Shown here in pieces: positions 25,910 through 38,894 of a stretch of 64,000 nucleotides of DNA. The DNA comes from Eledone cirrhosa. Taxonomy: Eukaryota. Under the pieces are notes generated by a model. The model saw only the letters and a list, made by a program, of their open reading frames with translations. It was not told where the DNA came from and did no database searches. The stretch spans positions 31,496,001 through 31,560,000 of the forward strand of contig OZ024745.1 in the NCBI GenBank assembly GCA_964016885.1, written 5' to 3'. Within the stretch, counting starts at the first letter, position 1; every line of letters begins with the position of its first letter. The position numbers and the translations under genes were made by a program.

Positions 25910-26934
25910 AATAGTCAGGACCCCGACGCAGTGTAGTTGACGGCCGAGAGAAAAGAGTACTCAATACCGAAGTAGAGTTTAAATATTCATTTATTAAGGC
26001 TAAATAGTTAGTCTTACTCTTTAATTTCACCTATTTCTCGCAGGGTCATCAGACAAGAACCTTGTGAGAAGCAGGCGAAACTCCAGAGTAATTATGTATG
26101 TATGTATGTATGTACATACATTCATACACAATAATTGTTTCTACTTTAGGCACAAGGCCAGCAAATTACTCAGTACATTACTGGTACTTTATTTTATCGA
26201 CCCCGTAAGGATGAAAGGCAAAGTTAACCTCGGCGGGATTTGAACTCAGACTGTAAAGAGACGTAACTATGCTAGAAAGCATGGCGTCCAACCCTCTACC
26301 GATACTGCCAATTTTGATTTAGACACAAGGCCAGCAATTTGTGCAAAGGGCAAAAGTGATTATATCCACCTCAATATTTGACTGGTACTTCCTTTTATCG
26401 ACCGCAGTAGAATGAAAGCCAAGTTGATTTCGGCGGGATTTTAATTCAGAACGTTAACAGATAATAGTAATAACAATTTCTTACATAAAAACAAAAGTAA
26501 ATATTTGTGGGGAGGTGACTAGTCGTTTAAATTATTTCCATTACTTGATCGATTGTTTATTTCATTGACCCCCTGAATGGATGAAAGGCTAAGTTGTTTT
26601 CGTCTTGAATTCGATCTCGGTCAGAATGTAAAGGGCCATAACTAAACACCACTATATATTTTCTCTGATGCTCTGAGTTGTATATTAATAGCCTTGGGGT
26701 GCTATTATTATTGCACAATATTTTACATTCAGTAAGAATGTTGGTCATGAACACTTCTGGCCTGTGTCACACATAATCAGTTTCCTTTAACAGTGACTAA
26801 TATTTGTCACACAGCATAAAGACGAAACAAATAAAAACACTTAATCTTCATAGAGTAAAAATCAACTTTTGAATTTGAATTATTGTAATTTTTAAAATCT
26901 ATATTAACGATTGACTAATTTTATGTTCTTTCTT

Positions 26935-27790
26935 CGATTGGTTCAACCACTGCTTTACATATCTGATGTGAAAAAATACCATGAGAAGGTGATGTCATTT
27001 AAGGTCCTTCTTATCATTGGTAATGCTATCAGCCATCCTGAATCCCAGATGTATGAGGACGAACACATTAGAGTGCTGTCCCTACCTCTAAACACAACAA
27101 AGCTGCATCCACTTGATCAAAGCATCATAAAGTAAAGGCAACATGCACCAACCAGCCTTACCTTTGCCATGATTCATGAAGGTACATGGCTTAGTGGTTA
27201 GAGAATTGGATTCACAATCGTGAGGTTGTTAATTCGATTCCTGGACCAGGTGATGTGTTGTCCTTAAGCAAGACACTTTATTTCATGTTGGAACTGGTAG
27301 ATAGTAGCAGCAATATAAAGACTAATTGAAACATTCAACAGCAAGTGAATGAGATTGGATCTTGTTGATCGATGATTCCTTACTTCCTTGCTGCTGTTGA
27401 TGCAGCATCATGGATTTATGGAATAAATTTACAACTGTGGTTGAGTCAGTTGATGCCCTAAAGCCTCAGATTTAATGTCTTATTGAGTGAGACTTCAAAT
27501 TGAAAATGTGAAGGAAGTTTTACAGGTTTCCAAAGAAGTTTGTCGAGAAAACTTCAACATAATTGAGGAAGATGGTGAAAAGTACATTGTAGAGAACAAG
27601 GAAACCCTTACTGCTGTTGACAGAAGATAAAGAAGCAGGGGCCCATCTATCACTAGAAGTTTTGCAGCAGTTTTGAAGGAGTATGACCTTTCTATGGAAT
27701 GAAGCCTATGTATAAATCCTTGCAACCACATCAGACATAGAGTTATTTGGCAAACTCAAGAGAAAGAAGAATCACTCTCTAAACTATGTT
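26935..27790 (+). mobile_element. Tigger/pogo transposase remnant interrupted by a SINE (27178-27290)
   Basis: KVLLIIGNAISHP...LPLNTTKLHPLDQSIIK resembles the DDE_1 motif 'LLILDNAPGHP..LPPNTTS..QPLDQGII'. Confidence 0.75.
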
Positions 27791-28134
27791 TTTATTTACC
27801 AAGAAATTTACAATTGCAAAACCTCATTCCACTTTCGAAAAACCTCAGCGATCAAATAATTAAAAGAGGAGGAGGACAAAGAGAAGTGCAGTGGTGCACA
27901 GAAGTGACTAGAAGAAGGAATGCATATACAATACATATATATAATATAAGATGTAACAGAGTAACTGTGAGAAATAAAGGTGGGGGCAAAGCCATGTCTG
28001 TCAAACTGGAAGCTGGTGGATATGGGGCATATGGGTGGAGTACTGTGATGATGTGGGGCTTGTATGAAAATTGGTGTTGATAAGACAAAAAAAACTAACT
28101 ATTAAAACTTTTGCCCCCCAATTTCTCAAACGAT

Positions 28135-28320
28135 CTCAAAAATTTTGTTAAACTATTTGTGGAAATTTTTTTCGAAACATTTTGATAAAATTTTAAAGAA
28201 AAATTTGAAAAGTTTTGAGAAATTTTTCAGGAAAGTTTTGAAAAATTTTGAGGACAATTTAAAGAAAGTTTTTTTGAAAAATTTTGATGAAATATTTGGA
28301 AAAAATGTTGAGAAATTTGT
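28135..28320. repeat. Low-complexity degenerate repeat of about 12 bp (TTTTGAAAAATT-like)
   Basis: Alternating A and T tracts with roughly 12-bp periodicity. Confidence 0.6.
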
Positions 28321-28830
28321 GTGCAAGAGGAGGAGGAAGGTGGCATGATCATATGGATGTGTTGTGTGTGTAGAGGATGACAGCTATATAAGGAGATGCA
28401 GAGAAATCATGGTGGGACTTGTGGAATTGTCATTTCGTATCCCTTCCCATCCCCCTTCTCTTAGTCACATCACATCTGTTATACACCCATGACTTATTTA
28501 TCTCCCTCATCATGGCATTATAGTGTTGTCCTCCCATCCACCTATTGTCACTTACTCATACTTATCCCCCTCATATGGTAGAGGTTTCTTCAGTTGAGTC
28601 AATGACTGACAACCTCCCTAGAGCTTGTGTCACAATAAAATGTACCCAGAACACTGTAAAGCGATTAGTATTAGGAAGGGCTTCCACCCATAGAAGCCAT
28701 GCCAAAATGGTTTCAGAGGACCCTTTAGTCATGACATGACAACCTTATTTCTCTCTAATATACTCTTTTACTTGTTCCAGCTATCCGTTTGAGGTCAATA
28801 AAAAGATAAAATATTAGCTCAGCGAATCAA

Positions 28831-29315
28831 TTAACCATATTAAACTTAAGCCAAAATCTTAATTTAGGGGATACAAACTAAACAAAAAAGTCAGTTTTAC
28901 TCATATACTACCCACAACTGTAGTTGAATATATTAGAGACAAATAACTTTTAATTGATATTGACTACTGCTTCATTGTTGAGGTGATTTAGATGGGTTTT
29001 GTGTGCTATTTCTAGCATTATTAAAAGCCCATTGTATTATCTGTCCTAATATATATAGAGAGATTTATTCATTTAGGAGTTCAATGTCTTACACTGTTGG
29101 ACACCAAGCAGTTTCAACAATGACATGGTCTGTATGCTTTCTATTCAATATGTTCACTACTTCCAGTGACTTTTCTCTTGAAGACGAATAATTCTTTCAA
29201 TATTGGTTGTTTTATCTATTGAGATAATTAATAGTATATGAGTAAAGCTGACTTATTTTAGTTTGTCTGGCTTATATGCCCCATTGAGATTTTGGCTTAA
29301 GTTTAATATGTTTAA
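28831..29315. mobile_element. Foldback/MITE-like element with inverted arms of about 80 bp
   Basis: CATATTAAACTTAAGCCAAAATCT / AGATTTTGGCTTAAGTTTAATATG and AGTCAGTTTTACTCATATACTA / TAGTATATGAGTAAAGCTGACT. Confidence 0.65.
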
Positions 29316-29502
29316 CCCTTTCATGACTGCATTTCTAATGAAATGCACTCTATTTCAATTAATTAATGAAGAATGTTGATTTACTAAAATTATTAATTAT
29401 TTCATTAGTAAGATAGTAACTTAATATAAAATTATGTTGGAAGATTTTATTTTAAATTGTCTGATTATATTAGAGACAAATAACTTTTTGATATATATAT
29501 AT

Positions 29503-30065
29503 CAAAAGCACCCAGCCCACACTGTAAAGTGGACGTGTAAGTGCCACAGAAAAAAGCACCCAGCACTCACTGTAAAAGAGGTTGCTGTTAGGAAGGGCAT
29601 CCAGCTGTAGAAATCAAGCCAGAATCAGTTCCTGTATGAGCAAGACAAGGTCAGCCGACCGGACACTGCCCACAACAGGACAACCCGTCTAACCCATGCT
29701 AGCATCGAAGAACGGACGTAAAAAAACGGTGATATCATCATCATCACCGTTTTACGTCAATTATTCCACACTAGCAAGGGTTAGATGAGTTGTCCTGTTA
29801 TGGGCAATGCTAGGTCAGGTTACCATGTCTTGCACATACAGAACTGATTTTGGCTTGGTTTCTTTCCCTTCCTAATGCCAACCTCATTTACAGTGAGTAA
29901 TGAGTGCTTTTGTCGTGTCACCAACACAACCACTTTACAGTGTGTGCTGGGTGCTTTTTGTCACACCACCAACACAACCACCTTACAGTGTGGGCTGGGT
30001 GCTTTTTGTCGTGACATCTACACAACCACTTTACTGTGTGGGCTGGGTGCTTTTTGCTGTCACCA
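29503..30065. mobile_element. Tail-to-tail inverted pair of RTE-tail SINE copies
   Basis: A + copy (29503-29733) abuts a - copy (29734-30065) at GACGTAAAAAAACGGTGAT|ATCATCATCATCACCGTTTTACGTC. Confidence 0.8.
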
Positions 30066-30091
30066 TCATGACTTATATACACCATCTAAAC

Positions 30092-30763
30092 CAAAGGTTC
30101 TCAACGGGGGGCATATGCACCCCCAGGGGGCGTTTCGGAACTCCAGGGTAGGCGTTTGGGAGCAAGGTCGCGTTAGGGGGCGATTGGAGCTGGGGGAGGG
30201 GGGTTAGGGGGCGCTGGAAGGCTCTTTATTTTGGTAAGTTTTATAAGCCATATTTGTATGTCTTTGAGACAGCCAGTCTGAATGCATTTGAATGAGCTTG
30301 CATAACTAGAGTCTGACCGCAGGTGTGCAGGCATGTCCAGTAATTGAGATCCTAAAAATGGAAAAACCCACAGTCAACTGGGTCAAAGACACTTTTGGCG
30401 CAGCCAGTTAGAATCTTATCTTTCCTTCACCGATAACAATGTATTTCATGTCTGAAATTATTGACTCAACTGGAACGAGTTAACACTATGTAGATCTATT
30501 TTATTCCCTATTGTATAATTAATATTACAAATAAAAAAAAAGAAAAGAAAAAACAGAAGCGAGTAGCACACACATCTAGGACCACATACAACACATAATC
30601 AGATAATACACACAACTTTGGAATATTGTTAATCAATTTTTTAGTAATCTACTGATATAAAAATCAATAGTATATTGAAAAATGGAAAAATGGGGGGGGG
30701 GGGCGTTTCGTGATTTTGAGGGACAAAAGGGGGCGTTTGGCCTAAATGGGTTGAGAACCTGTG
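30092..30763. mobile_element. Non-autonomous hAT element (Charlie/Buster-type)
   Basis: TIRs CAAAGGTTCTCAAC / GTTGAGAACCTGTG; perfect 8-bp TSD ATCTAAAC (30084-30091 and 30764-30771); subterminal GGGGGCG motifs. Confidence 0.9.
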
Positions 30764-31177
30764 ATCTAAACAATATTGTGCCCCTACCACTCCATCAGGA
30801 GTTACAGAATTATACATACTATCTCTTCAAAAAAATCTTTGAAAATAGTTAAATATTTTAAATACTATATTTAGTAAGTATGTATAAAATATGTTTTTAA
30901 TTATTGATAAAATGAGTAGTATATGAGATAAAAATTCTTTAAAATTTTAAGCTTTTTAACAGGAAAAAGTGTTATAAAAAATGAATTTTTCATTGGCCAT
31001 CTTTTGTTTTTTGTTGGTGTTTGATTTAATTAATATTATCCTTTCCAAGCTTTAAATATGATAATTCAATATTGATATTTTATATTGAATTTTGTAAATA
31101 TTTAAATTAATTAATTTAATGTTTCTCCTAGACATTTTGTTGCTTTGGTTTTAAAACAGTTTTCTTTTTTATTTCAG

Positions 31178-32847
31178 GTTTCCTGTCCTCTTTGTTTGTC
31201 TTCTGCCTTGAGCTCAACTACATCCAATTGGTTTATTCTTACATCTTCTCAGGAGGAATAATTATTTTGTGTCAACATATAAATTCCTCATATACACTGA
31301 TGCCATTAACCTATAGTATTTGGTTTTTCAAAGAAGAAACAGCCTTAAGAAGTTTAAAGCACTTTCTATTCTTTGTTGTAATTAATTTCTCTTCACAAAG
31401 GCTTTTTATTCATTTTCGAAGAAAGGGCCGGTTGTGGACATACCTTGAAGGAAATTACCTAGAATTTAGTATTTACATTTCTTTTCTTTTGGTAGTATTT
31501 AGTAAATTAGTTACAGACATTTACATACCTCAAATTTTAATATATCTACACACTTTTTACACATTTTCTTTGCTACTTTTTGAAATAATCTTAGAAAGAA
31601 ATAATATTTTTATGTTTATTCAAGGCTCCTATCAGTCTGTTCGTGAAGATTTGGCAAATTTTGGAATTCAAATATTTCTTGAATCCCATTGGATTCGTCT
31701 TCATTTTCCACAAGTATTTCGTTTGTTCTGGTTCAGTCGTTTCATGTATCATTTAATCTTTTATGTCAATATGATAGCTTTACCAGAGAATGCAAATACG
31801 GATGATGAAGTTTTTTCAAAATTAATTTCAGGAAAGATACCTGAAAACACTTTTGAACTTTATGCTGTGATTAGTAAAAGTCTACTTGTCCGTGGCTGTG
31901 ATACATTTATTGCTCTCTTTGGACTTACATGCATTGTTTCCCTCATCTCACATTATATAGGCATCTTTGTTGCATATTTTGTTGGTTGTGATGTTGAGGA
32001 TGATCGAAATGCTGATCGTAATGTTGGCCTGTTATCTGCTATGTTGTTTTTAGTTCTAGCTTTACAAACAGGTCTAACTAGTCTTGAGGTTAATGCACGT
32101 TTAGTAAGACTGTTCCGTAACTTTTGTTTATTATCGACTGCTATCTTTCATTTTGTTCACAGTATGGTGCATCCTATTCTAATGTCAGTAAGTGCATCTC
32201 GAAATTCTGTGCCCAGTCGACACATACGACCATTATTGATGTGCTTTATTCTAAGCCTTTTCCCTTGTCTTCTCTTGAAATATCTTTGGAGTCACCATTC
32301 TACCAGTACTTGGCTTTTGGCTGTTTCTGCATTTAGTATTGAGATCATTGTCAAAGTTCTTGTTACAGTAACTGTGTACATTTTATTTATGATAGATGCT
32401 TACAGAAATAGCTTCTGGGAAGGTTTAGATGATTATGTCTATTATATTCAGTCCGCTGGTAATACTGTTGAGTTTTTGTTTGGAATCTTCTTATTTTGCA
32501 ATGGCACATGGATTATGTTGTTTGAATCTGGTGGTACCATCCGTGCAATCATGATGTGTATTCATGCTTACTTCAATATATGGTTGCAAGCAAAAAAGGG
32601 CTGGAAAATGTTTATGCACCGTCGGACTGCTGTGAGTAAAATCAATTCTCTTCCTGATGCATCTGAAGGACAATTACAGGAACTTAACGATCTTTGTGCT
32701 ATTTGTTTTGAACAGCTGAATTCAGCAAAGATTACACCCTGCAATCATTTCTTTCATGGAGTATGTTTGCGTAAATGGCTCTATATCCAAGACAAATGTC
32801 CAATGTGCCATAGTTTGATATATGAAATAAGACAGTTAGATGAATAA
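31178..32847 (+). CDS. RNF139: TRC8/RNF139-like E3 ubiquitin ligase, coding exon 2 (multi-TM domain + RING-H2)
   Basis: TTTCAG|GT TTC; many hydrophobic segments; DDYVYY and HAYFNIW motifs; RING-H2 CAIC...CNHFFH..C...CPMC. The two-exon structure favours RNF139 over the multi-exon RNF145. Confidence 0.9.
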
Positions 32848-34481
32848 TGTTATAAACAATGACATTCTGAATGTATAACAACAAAAGGTAGCAGCAACAG
32901 CATCGTGTTCTGAACATTTCTCCAGACCTGTCAGATTTTTCTTTAAGGATTTCATTGTCACCATTTTATGCATATCTCAGGAAGAAATGAAACTAAAAGG
33001 TGAGCTGGAAGTTTGTTCTGAAGTCTGGGGGTTGAGGAAATCTCTCAGCTCTGTACACCGTGGATATTTTGCAAACAACATCTGGCTGTTTAAAACAATA
33101 CATGATCTGCCTTTAACAAATATGAATGTTTATATCCACCAGCAAAGGATCTAACCAATAACTTTCATGTTTCTACATATGACAAAAAGGGATTATCTGT
33201 ATAAGTTTTAAAGAATTTCCTTTGTGTAAACAAGATAGTTCTTATCACAAATCCCTTGACTATTATTAGTCTGTAAATATGTAATATACGGAAAATTGAT
33301 CTCTGAACTTATTTATGCAAAGAGAAATATAAAAAAAATTAAGATTGAACATTCATGTAGAAGTAGCATAACAGAAACTTAGCTACATTTTTTGTTATAG
33401 ATTAAAACAAAAATTATAAAATAACATTATCCTTTCAAAATAAAATTTACATATTATAAGGTATATTTTAAATATAAGTTTTTTTTTTCTTGCAAAAATT
33501 ACCTTCATATATTTAAAAAAACCTCCATATATTTTTGCTCATTTCTTTTAGCTGTTTCATTGTAATGTACTTTCTGCATATTTACTTCTACATCTTATTT
33601 TATAGATACAACAACAATTTAGACTATGATGATGATAATTATGTTAGTCCTTGTTGGAGAAATTGTTGCTTCTGTCAGTTCCTATATGTTAGTTTAAGTT
33701 ATCAAAAGTTTAACTTTTATTTAAGATGGGATTAGTATGATTAACCATTTTTACTACTACTACTACCACCACCACCACCACCCTCACTACTACTATTACT
33801 ACTGCTATTTTTTATTGTTAAATGTTTTTGTTGTTTTATATTAGGTTTTTATTTGAATTGATACATCAAAATTAACAACAATTAATACAAAGAGAATCTA
33901 ACTAATTATAAAAAACAAAACAAAACATCCTTCAATTCTAAATAGATACCTGGTTGTGATGCTGGAGAGTGATGACAACAACTGCGATATTAATGATTAA
34001 TAAATATAATCAATAATTTATACCTACGGATTTAGTTTAATACTGTAGAATAATTGGTTGTTTTTGAAGTTTATTTAGTTTTGTTTTTACCAAAATCAGT
34101 GAGTAAATATAATTTTTGTTATGGCTTGATCAGAAGAGGAAGAAAAGCACCTACAATTTTTTTTGTAGGGGCCTCAAAGTCTGGGATGTGGGAAGAGAAA
34201 CCACATCCTGAACCAAATGCTTGCACTGAAAGCTAAAAGCCCCCAAGAACCGAACCAGATGAGCTTTTTAAACTGGGTGATGGATTTAGTCAGCTACTCC
34301 ACCACCTAAAAAAAACCCTAATAAAACCAGGTACAATCTACCTGATAAGCATCTGCACAGTTTCCAACTACCTGGTTGGACAAATAAAGTTAGGGCTGTC
34401 CCAAAACTATGGTAGAAAAAAATTGCTAAGGAACGCTGTGCCCAGGGATTGAACCATTTGATCATAAAGCAAACTTCTTAA

Positions 34482-34677
34482 CCCTTCAGCATTTACATTA
34501 CTCTATATATACTATTGTATTTTCGTAGTAAAGGCTTTATCTCACATAATATCGAATCTATGATATTTTGATGTTATTTATTTTGAGAACAATACCTTAA
34601 CATCAGTATGGATGGTGCCAGTTACGGCCGGTTTGAACAGAAAAAGGTGAGATATGGCTGGTTTAAATGCTAAAAGG
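34482..34677. mobile_element. piggyBac-like MITE inserted at TTAA inside a SINE
   Basis: TTAA|CCCTTCAGCATTTA...TAAATGCTAAAAGG|TTAA; the flanks rejoin as the SINE head AAACTTCTTAA-ACCACATGGCCATGC. Confidence 0.75.
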
Positions 34678-35789
34678 TTAAACCACATGGCCATGCTTAT
34701 GTTCATGAAATATCTACTAGAATATTGTTTTATTGAAAATTATTTAGATCAGCAAAATAGAAAAAGTTGTCTAATAAATAGATTTGAGAAACCTGAAATT
34801 TTTTGGGAGTGTCTACTATCATTTAAAAAAAATTTGAATTTAATTATAGATTATGTGGGATTTAAATAGCTCATTGAATGGTGTCTTCTTGGGCAATAAG
34901 GGACATCATATTTAACTGACCAAGCATAAGATCCTGTCTCAATTTAGTCCAATTGATTTTTAAGCATAAAAATGATAGAATAATACCTTATTCAGAAGTA
35001 TATGATTTAGTTCTACCCTTTGTGTTTGTTTATTTGTTTTTCTATCTCTATTATTGTTTGTGCATTAAATTATCAAGATATAACTAGGTGAAATTTGAAT
35101 TTGATCTTACTAATAAGATTATAATTTTTTCATATTATTAACATCATCTTGTGTTTAATAATTACATCTGCACTAAAGGTGGTGAATTGGCAGAATTGGA
35201 TAAAATGCCATTGTGGTATTTATTCTGGCTCTTTACACTCTGAATTCAAATCTTGACAGGATCAAGTTTGCCTTTCATCCCTCCGAGGGTCAATAAACTG
35301 AAGTATCAGTCAAGTATTGGGGTTGATTTACTCTATTTCACCCTTTTCCCAAATTTACTGGCCTTGTGCCTAAATTAGAAACCAATATTTATATCTGCAC
35401 TACATCTCGTTTGTCATCAGGTGTGTTATTCCATACTGTCAAGCTAAGAACCTTTATTTCTAAACCATGGGTTCTAATACCCTTAGTTTAAAAATAGACG
35501 GTCCTAGTTCAAATCGAATCTGGAACTATATTCATGTCCAGAAATAAGGTGATACAATCAGAGATCAAATCAATGAAAATGTAGTGTAAGTGTAAACATA
35601 GGGAGATCTTTAACCCTTTCTTTACTATATTCCTTATGAGATACACTGTATTTGAATTAATCAATGAAGAATTGGGGGGGGGGGTACTAAAATGATTAAT
35701 TATTTCATTATTTAAGATGGCATTTGTAACATAACTTGACAAAAAAAACAAAAGTAAATAAGTGTTGATGTTCTTTCCTTCACTCATTT

Positions 35790-36250
35790 CCTCTGTCTCT
35801 CTCTCCTCATCTCCCACTATTGTAAGCAAATGGGGGCCCATGCTTTGGTCGCCACGGTGGACGGAATAGAGAAGGCGTTTCTCTGGAGGATAGTGAGGGA
35901 GACGGGTTAGAAGAGTCATTCCAGCTTGCAAGGCTCACTCCTGTGGGTAGCCAACTCTGTGCCAATGGTAGTGAGTTGGGAGGTGGTCCTAGGGCCAAGG
36001 ACACCAGAAATGTCCACTGCTCTGGGCTTGATCAGAGAGCGATCGATATTTGGTGAGTTTGCCCTCTAGAGCCTATATTAGTCGCAGACTGCACCAGGTT
36101 GCTGCTGGAGAAAATGTCGCTGCATGTGACATCCCAGCTGAGGGGTTTACTATTGTGGAATAGGAAGATGGTCATGCCATCTGGCCTTTTGCCATCCCCT
36201 TGGTTCAGCCCCACTGGCTTGAGCTGGAAGGAGAAGCCTGAGCATCCAAA
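35790..36250 (-). mobile_element. CRE-like RLE retrotransposon 3' fragment
   Basis: P.GLNQGDGKRPDGMT....LSWDVTCSD is a PD-(D/E)xK endonuclease motif; the 3' segment is shared with 60740-60830. Confidence 0.7.
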
Positions 36251-36688
36251 CCATGATTTATGATCTCAAAAGGTTTTTTTATATATTATGTTGGAATATT
36301 TTAATTTAAACAGGAACCCATTAAAATGGGTGGTTTTGTTTCATAGAACCAAAGGTTGCTTTTTGGGGGTTAAAGGGTTAATCTTTCGAAATGTGATTGA
36401 TAGTTTGAAAACTTACAATTTTATTAACAAATCATCTCAGATTTTTAGATATTTAAATTTCGTTAGGTCTGTCTTATATTAGACATCTTGAAAAATGTAC
36501 ATGTTGCTTTTAAATCTATTATTTCAAGTACTTGTGACATTAAAACAAAATTAACCCTTTCGAGACCAAACTAGATGATACGAAACTGTTCGTTTCGAAG
36601 TGTTTATATTTATCTAAAAATCTTCCATAATTTTTTTTATGTAAGAACGTTTGTTAAGTTATGCTCCAAACACCAATGTAATAGTTAT

Positions 36689-36862
36689 ATGAGGATCAGC
36701 TGAACAGTTTATAGGCTGATTGTGAAGTATTGATGCTAGAGCTGTGAAATCTTGTTAATAACTGCATTGTTTCTTTTCAGGGACTATGTTAAAAAGTAAA
36801 CCTCATTTGGTTATTCCATGAGTATCTTGGTCAGCCTATGAACTTTTCAGCCGACCCCCTTA
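36689..36862. mobile_element. Mariner-like MITE nested in a TTAA-flanked MITE
   Basis: TIRs GAGGATCAGCTGAACAGTTTATAGGCTGA / TCAGCCTATGAACTTTTCAGCCGACCCC; TA flanks; partial copy at about 58990-59045. Confidence 0.7.
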
Positions 36863-38894
36863 TTACTAAATCCTTGATTACTTTCAAAATTATTTGAAAA
36901 TGCTAGTCAGTCTTTCATTAGAAGCATAGGAATAAAAAGATTAATGGTGTTATAGCATTTACGTTTTGTCCATTTTATTTTCTCCTTTTTTTAAACCATA
37001 TGTAGTTGATAAAATAAGATCCAGTAATATACTGCAGTAAATACACTTGGCTATTATAACTCCTCCTCTTTTAGGTGTTGCTTCCATTTCTGTTTCAGAT
37101 AATTTATTTAAAGTATATTTTTTATTGAAACTAATTTGTGCACATGCATTCATTTTCATCCTTATTCTAAGTCTACAACTGGCCAATTATTTTATTCGAA
37201 CTCACCATATCTTTACTGTAAACTGTGAATATATTTAAATAATACATTTATTCTTACAAAATGAAGATAAAAAAACTTGTACAAATAGAGTTCACAAACA
37301 AACAAAATAAATAAATGTTTTTGTTTTTTTAAAATAACAGATTGTTGTTATCAGTTGTGTATTAAATAAATATGACCTGCAAAAATTATTGATCTTCATT
37401 ATAAAATCTAGAGATACATGTATGTAGAAGGTGCTTGGCTTAGTGGTTAAAGAGTGGATTCACAACTTCATGGTTGTGAGTTTGATTCCTGGACTATGCG
37501 ATGCATTATGTCCTTGAGCAAGACACTCTATTTCACATTGCTCTTCCTACCAGGTGTTATGATTGGTAGATAGCATCAGCAATGGAAAGACCAATGAAAA
37601 CATTGTTTCTTTGGTCCGATTTGACGAGTTCCACCCCACTCGATACACGAATGAGGCCTGGGATCTTGTTCATTGAACCTACTATTTTACATGTATGTAG
37701 TACAGACAATATTGTAGTAACATACTGCAATTCACATTTTTGTAATTTGAATTTAATTTTCAAGATGTTTGCACGAGGCAGACTAATCCTTAAATAGTGA
37801 GTAGTCTTTATAACAGTATTTAAAAACATCGGAATTAAAGAGGTCCATAAGGTGAAAAAAGGTTAAGAATGAACCTCATGATATGCAATAGGAATGAAAT
37901 TAAATCAATCAGAATTCATTTTAGTAGTACAATTTTATAGAAAAAACAGGGATTATGTCTTAGGTAAATTCTCATAAGGTTTTATTATAATCTGACATAT
38001 CAAAGTTGAAATCATGGATGTACTACATTACATATATTTAAATGTTTACACCAAATGTATCAATGCACCGTCAATATAAGGAGTCAAGGGAAGTAAGTCA
38101 GTATCCATGGTAATGGTGTTGGTGGTATATGGTAAATAGAAAGAGTGAGAGCGGAATATCACTAGTAACCAAAGTAACCACCACAACATTAAACGTTGCC
38201 ACTCTCTCTCTCCCATACATCACCTACCTACATCATTACGTTGGCTTACTCAGAGTTATTAGTCTTAATGTAACGACACTTTACGTTAAAAGCACAAGTA
38301 TATTAATTGTTTCTACTTTTGGTACAAGGCTAGCAATTACTCAGTACATTACTAGTACTTTATTTTATCGACCCCGTAAGGATGAAAGGCAAAGTTAACC
38401 TCGACGGGATTTGAACTCAGATCGTAAAGGGACGTAACTATGCTGGAAAGTATGGCGTCCGACCCTCTACAAGTGTATTAATATAACAAACGTTTATTAT
38501 CTATTCCTAGTTTTATGTAACATAGCTGATATTTCCATTCCAGATCTTGTATGTGTGTGTGGGTGTCTTCTTTTTTCTTTGTATAATTAATGAAACACTA
38601 AATATTAATTTATGAAACAAATCTAACCTTTTCATTTCTTACAAGGTTTTAAAAAGAAAATACTAGTTTTTTTTGTCAAATTGAAATTTTACAATATCTC
38701 TTTTTAATTCAAATGATTTATATATTTTTTTAAATCTAGAATATGAGGAATTCTACTATTTTACTGTGTTGTAAAACTCATCGTAATGTTTGATCTTTAA
38801 AATAGAAAAAGAAATTCAATAAATAAAACTTGATATATTTTGTTATATTTTTATGTACTATGAATTCAGCTAGACACAGTTCATAAAAACAGCT

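Noticed and set aside
28145-28348. Lys/Phe/Glu-rich amphipathic-looking ORF
   Set aside because: Low-complexity A/T-tract repeat with a TTG start and no splice context.
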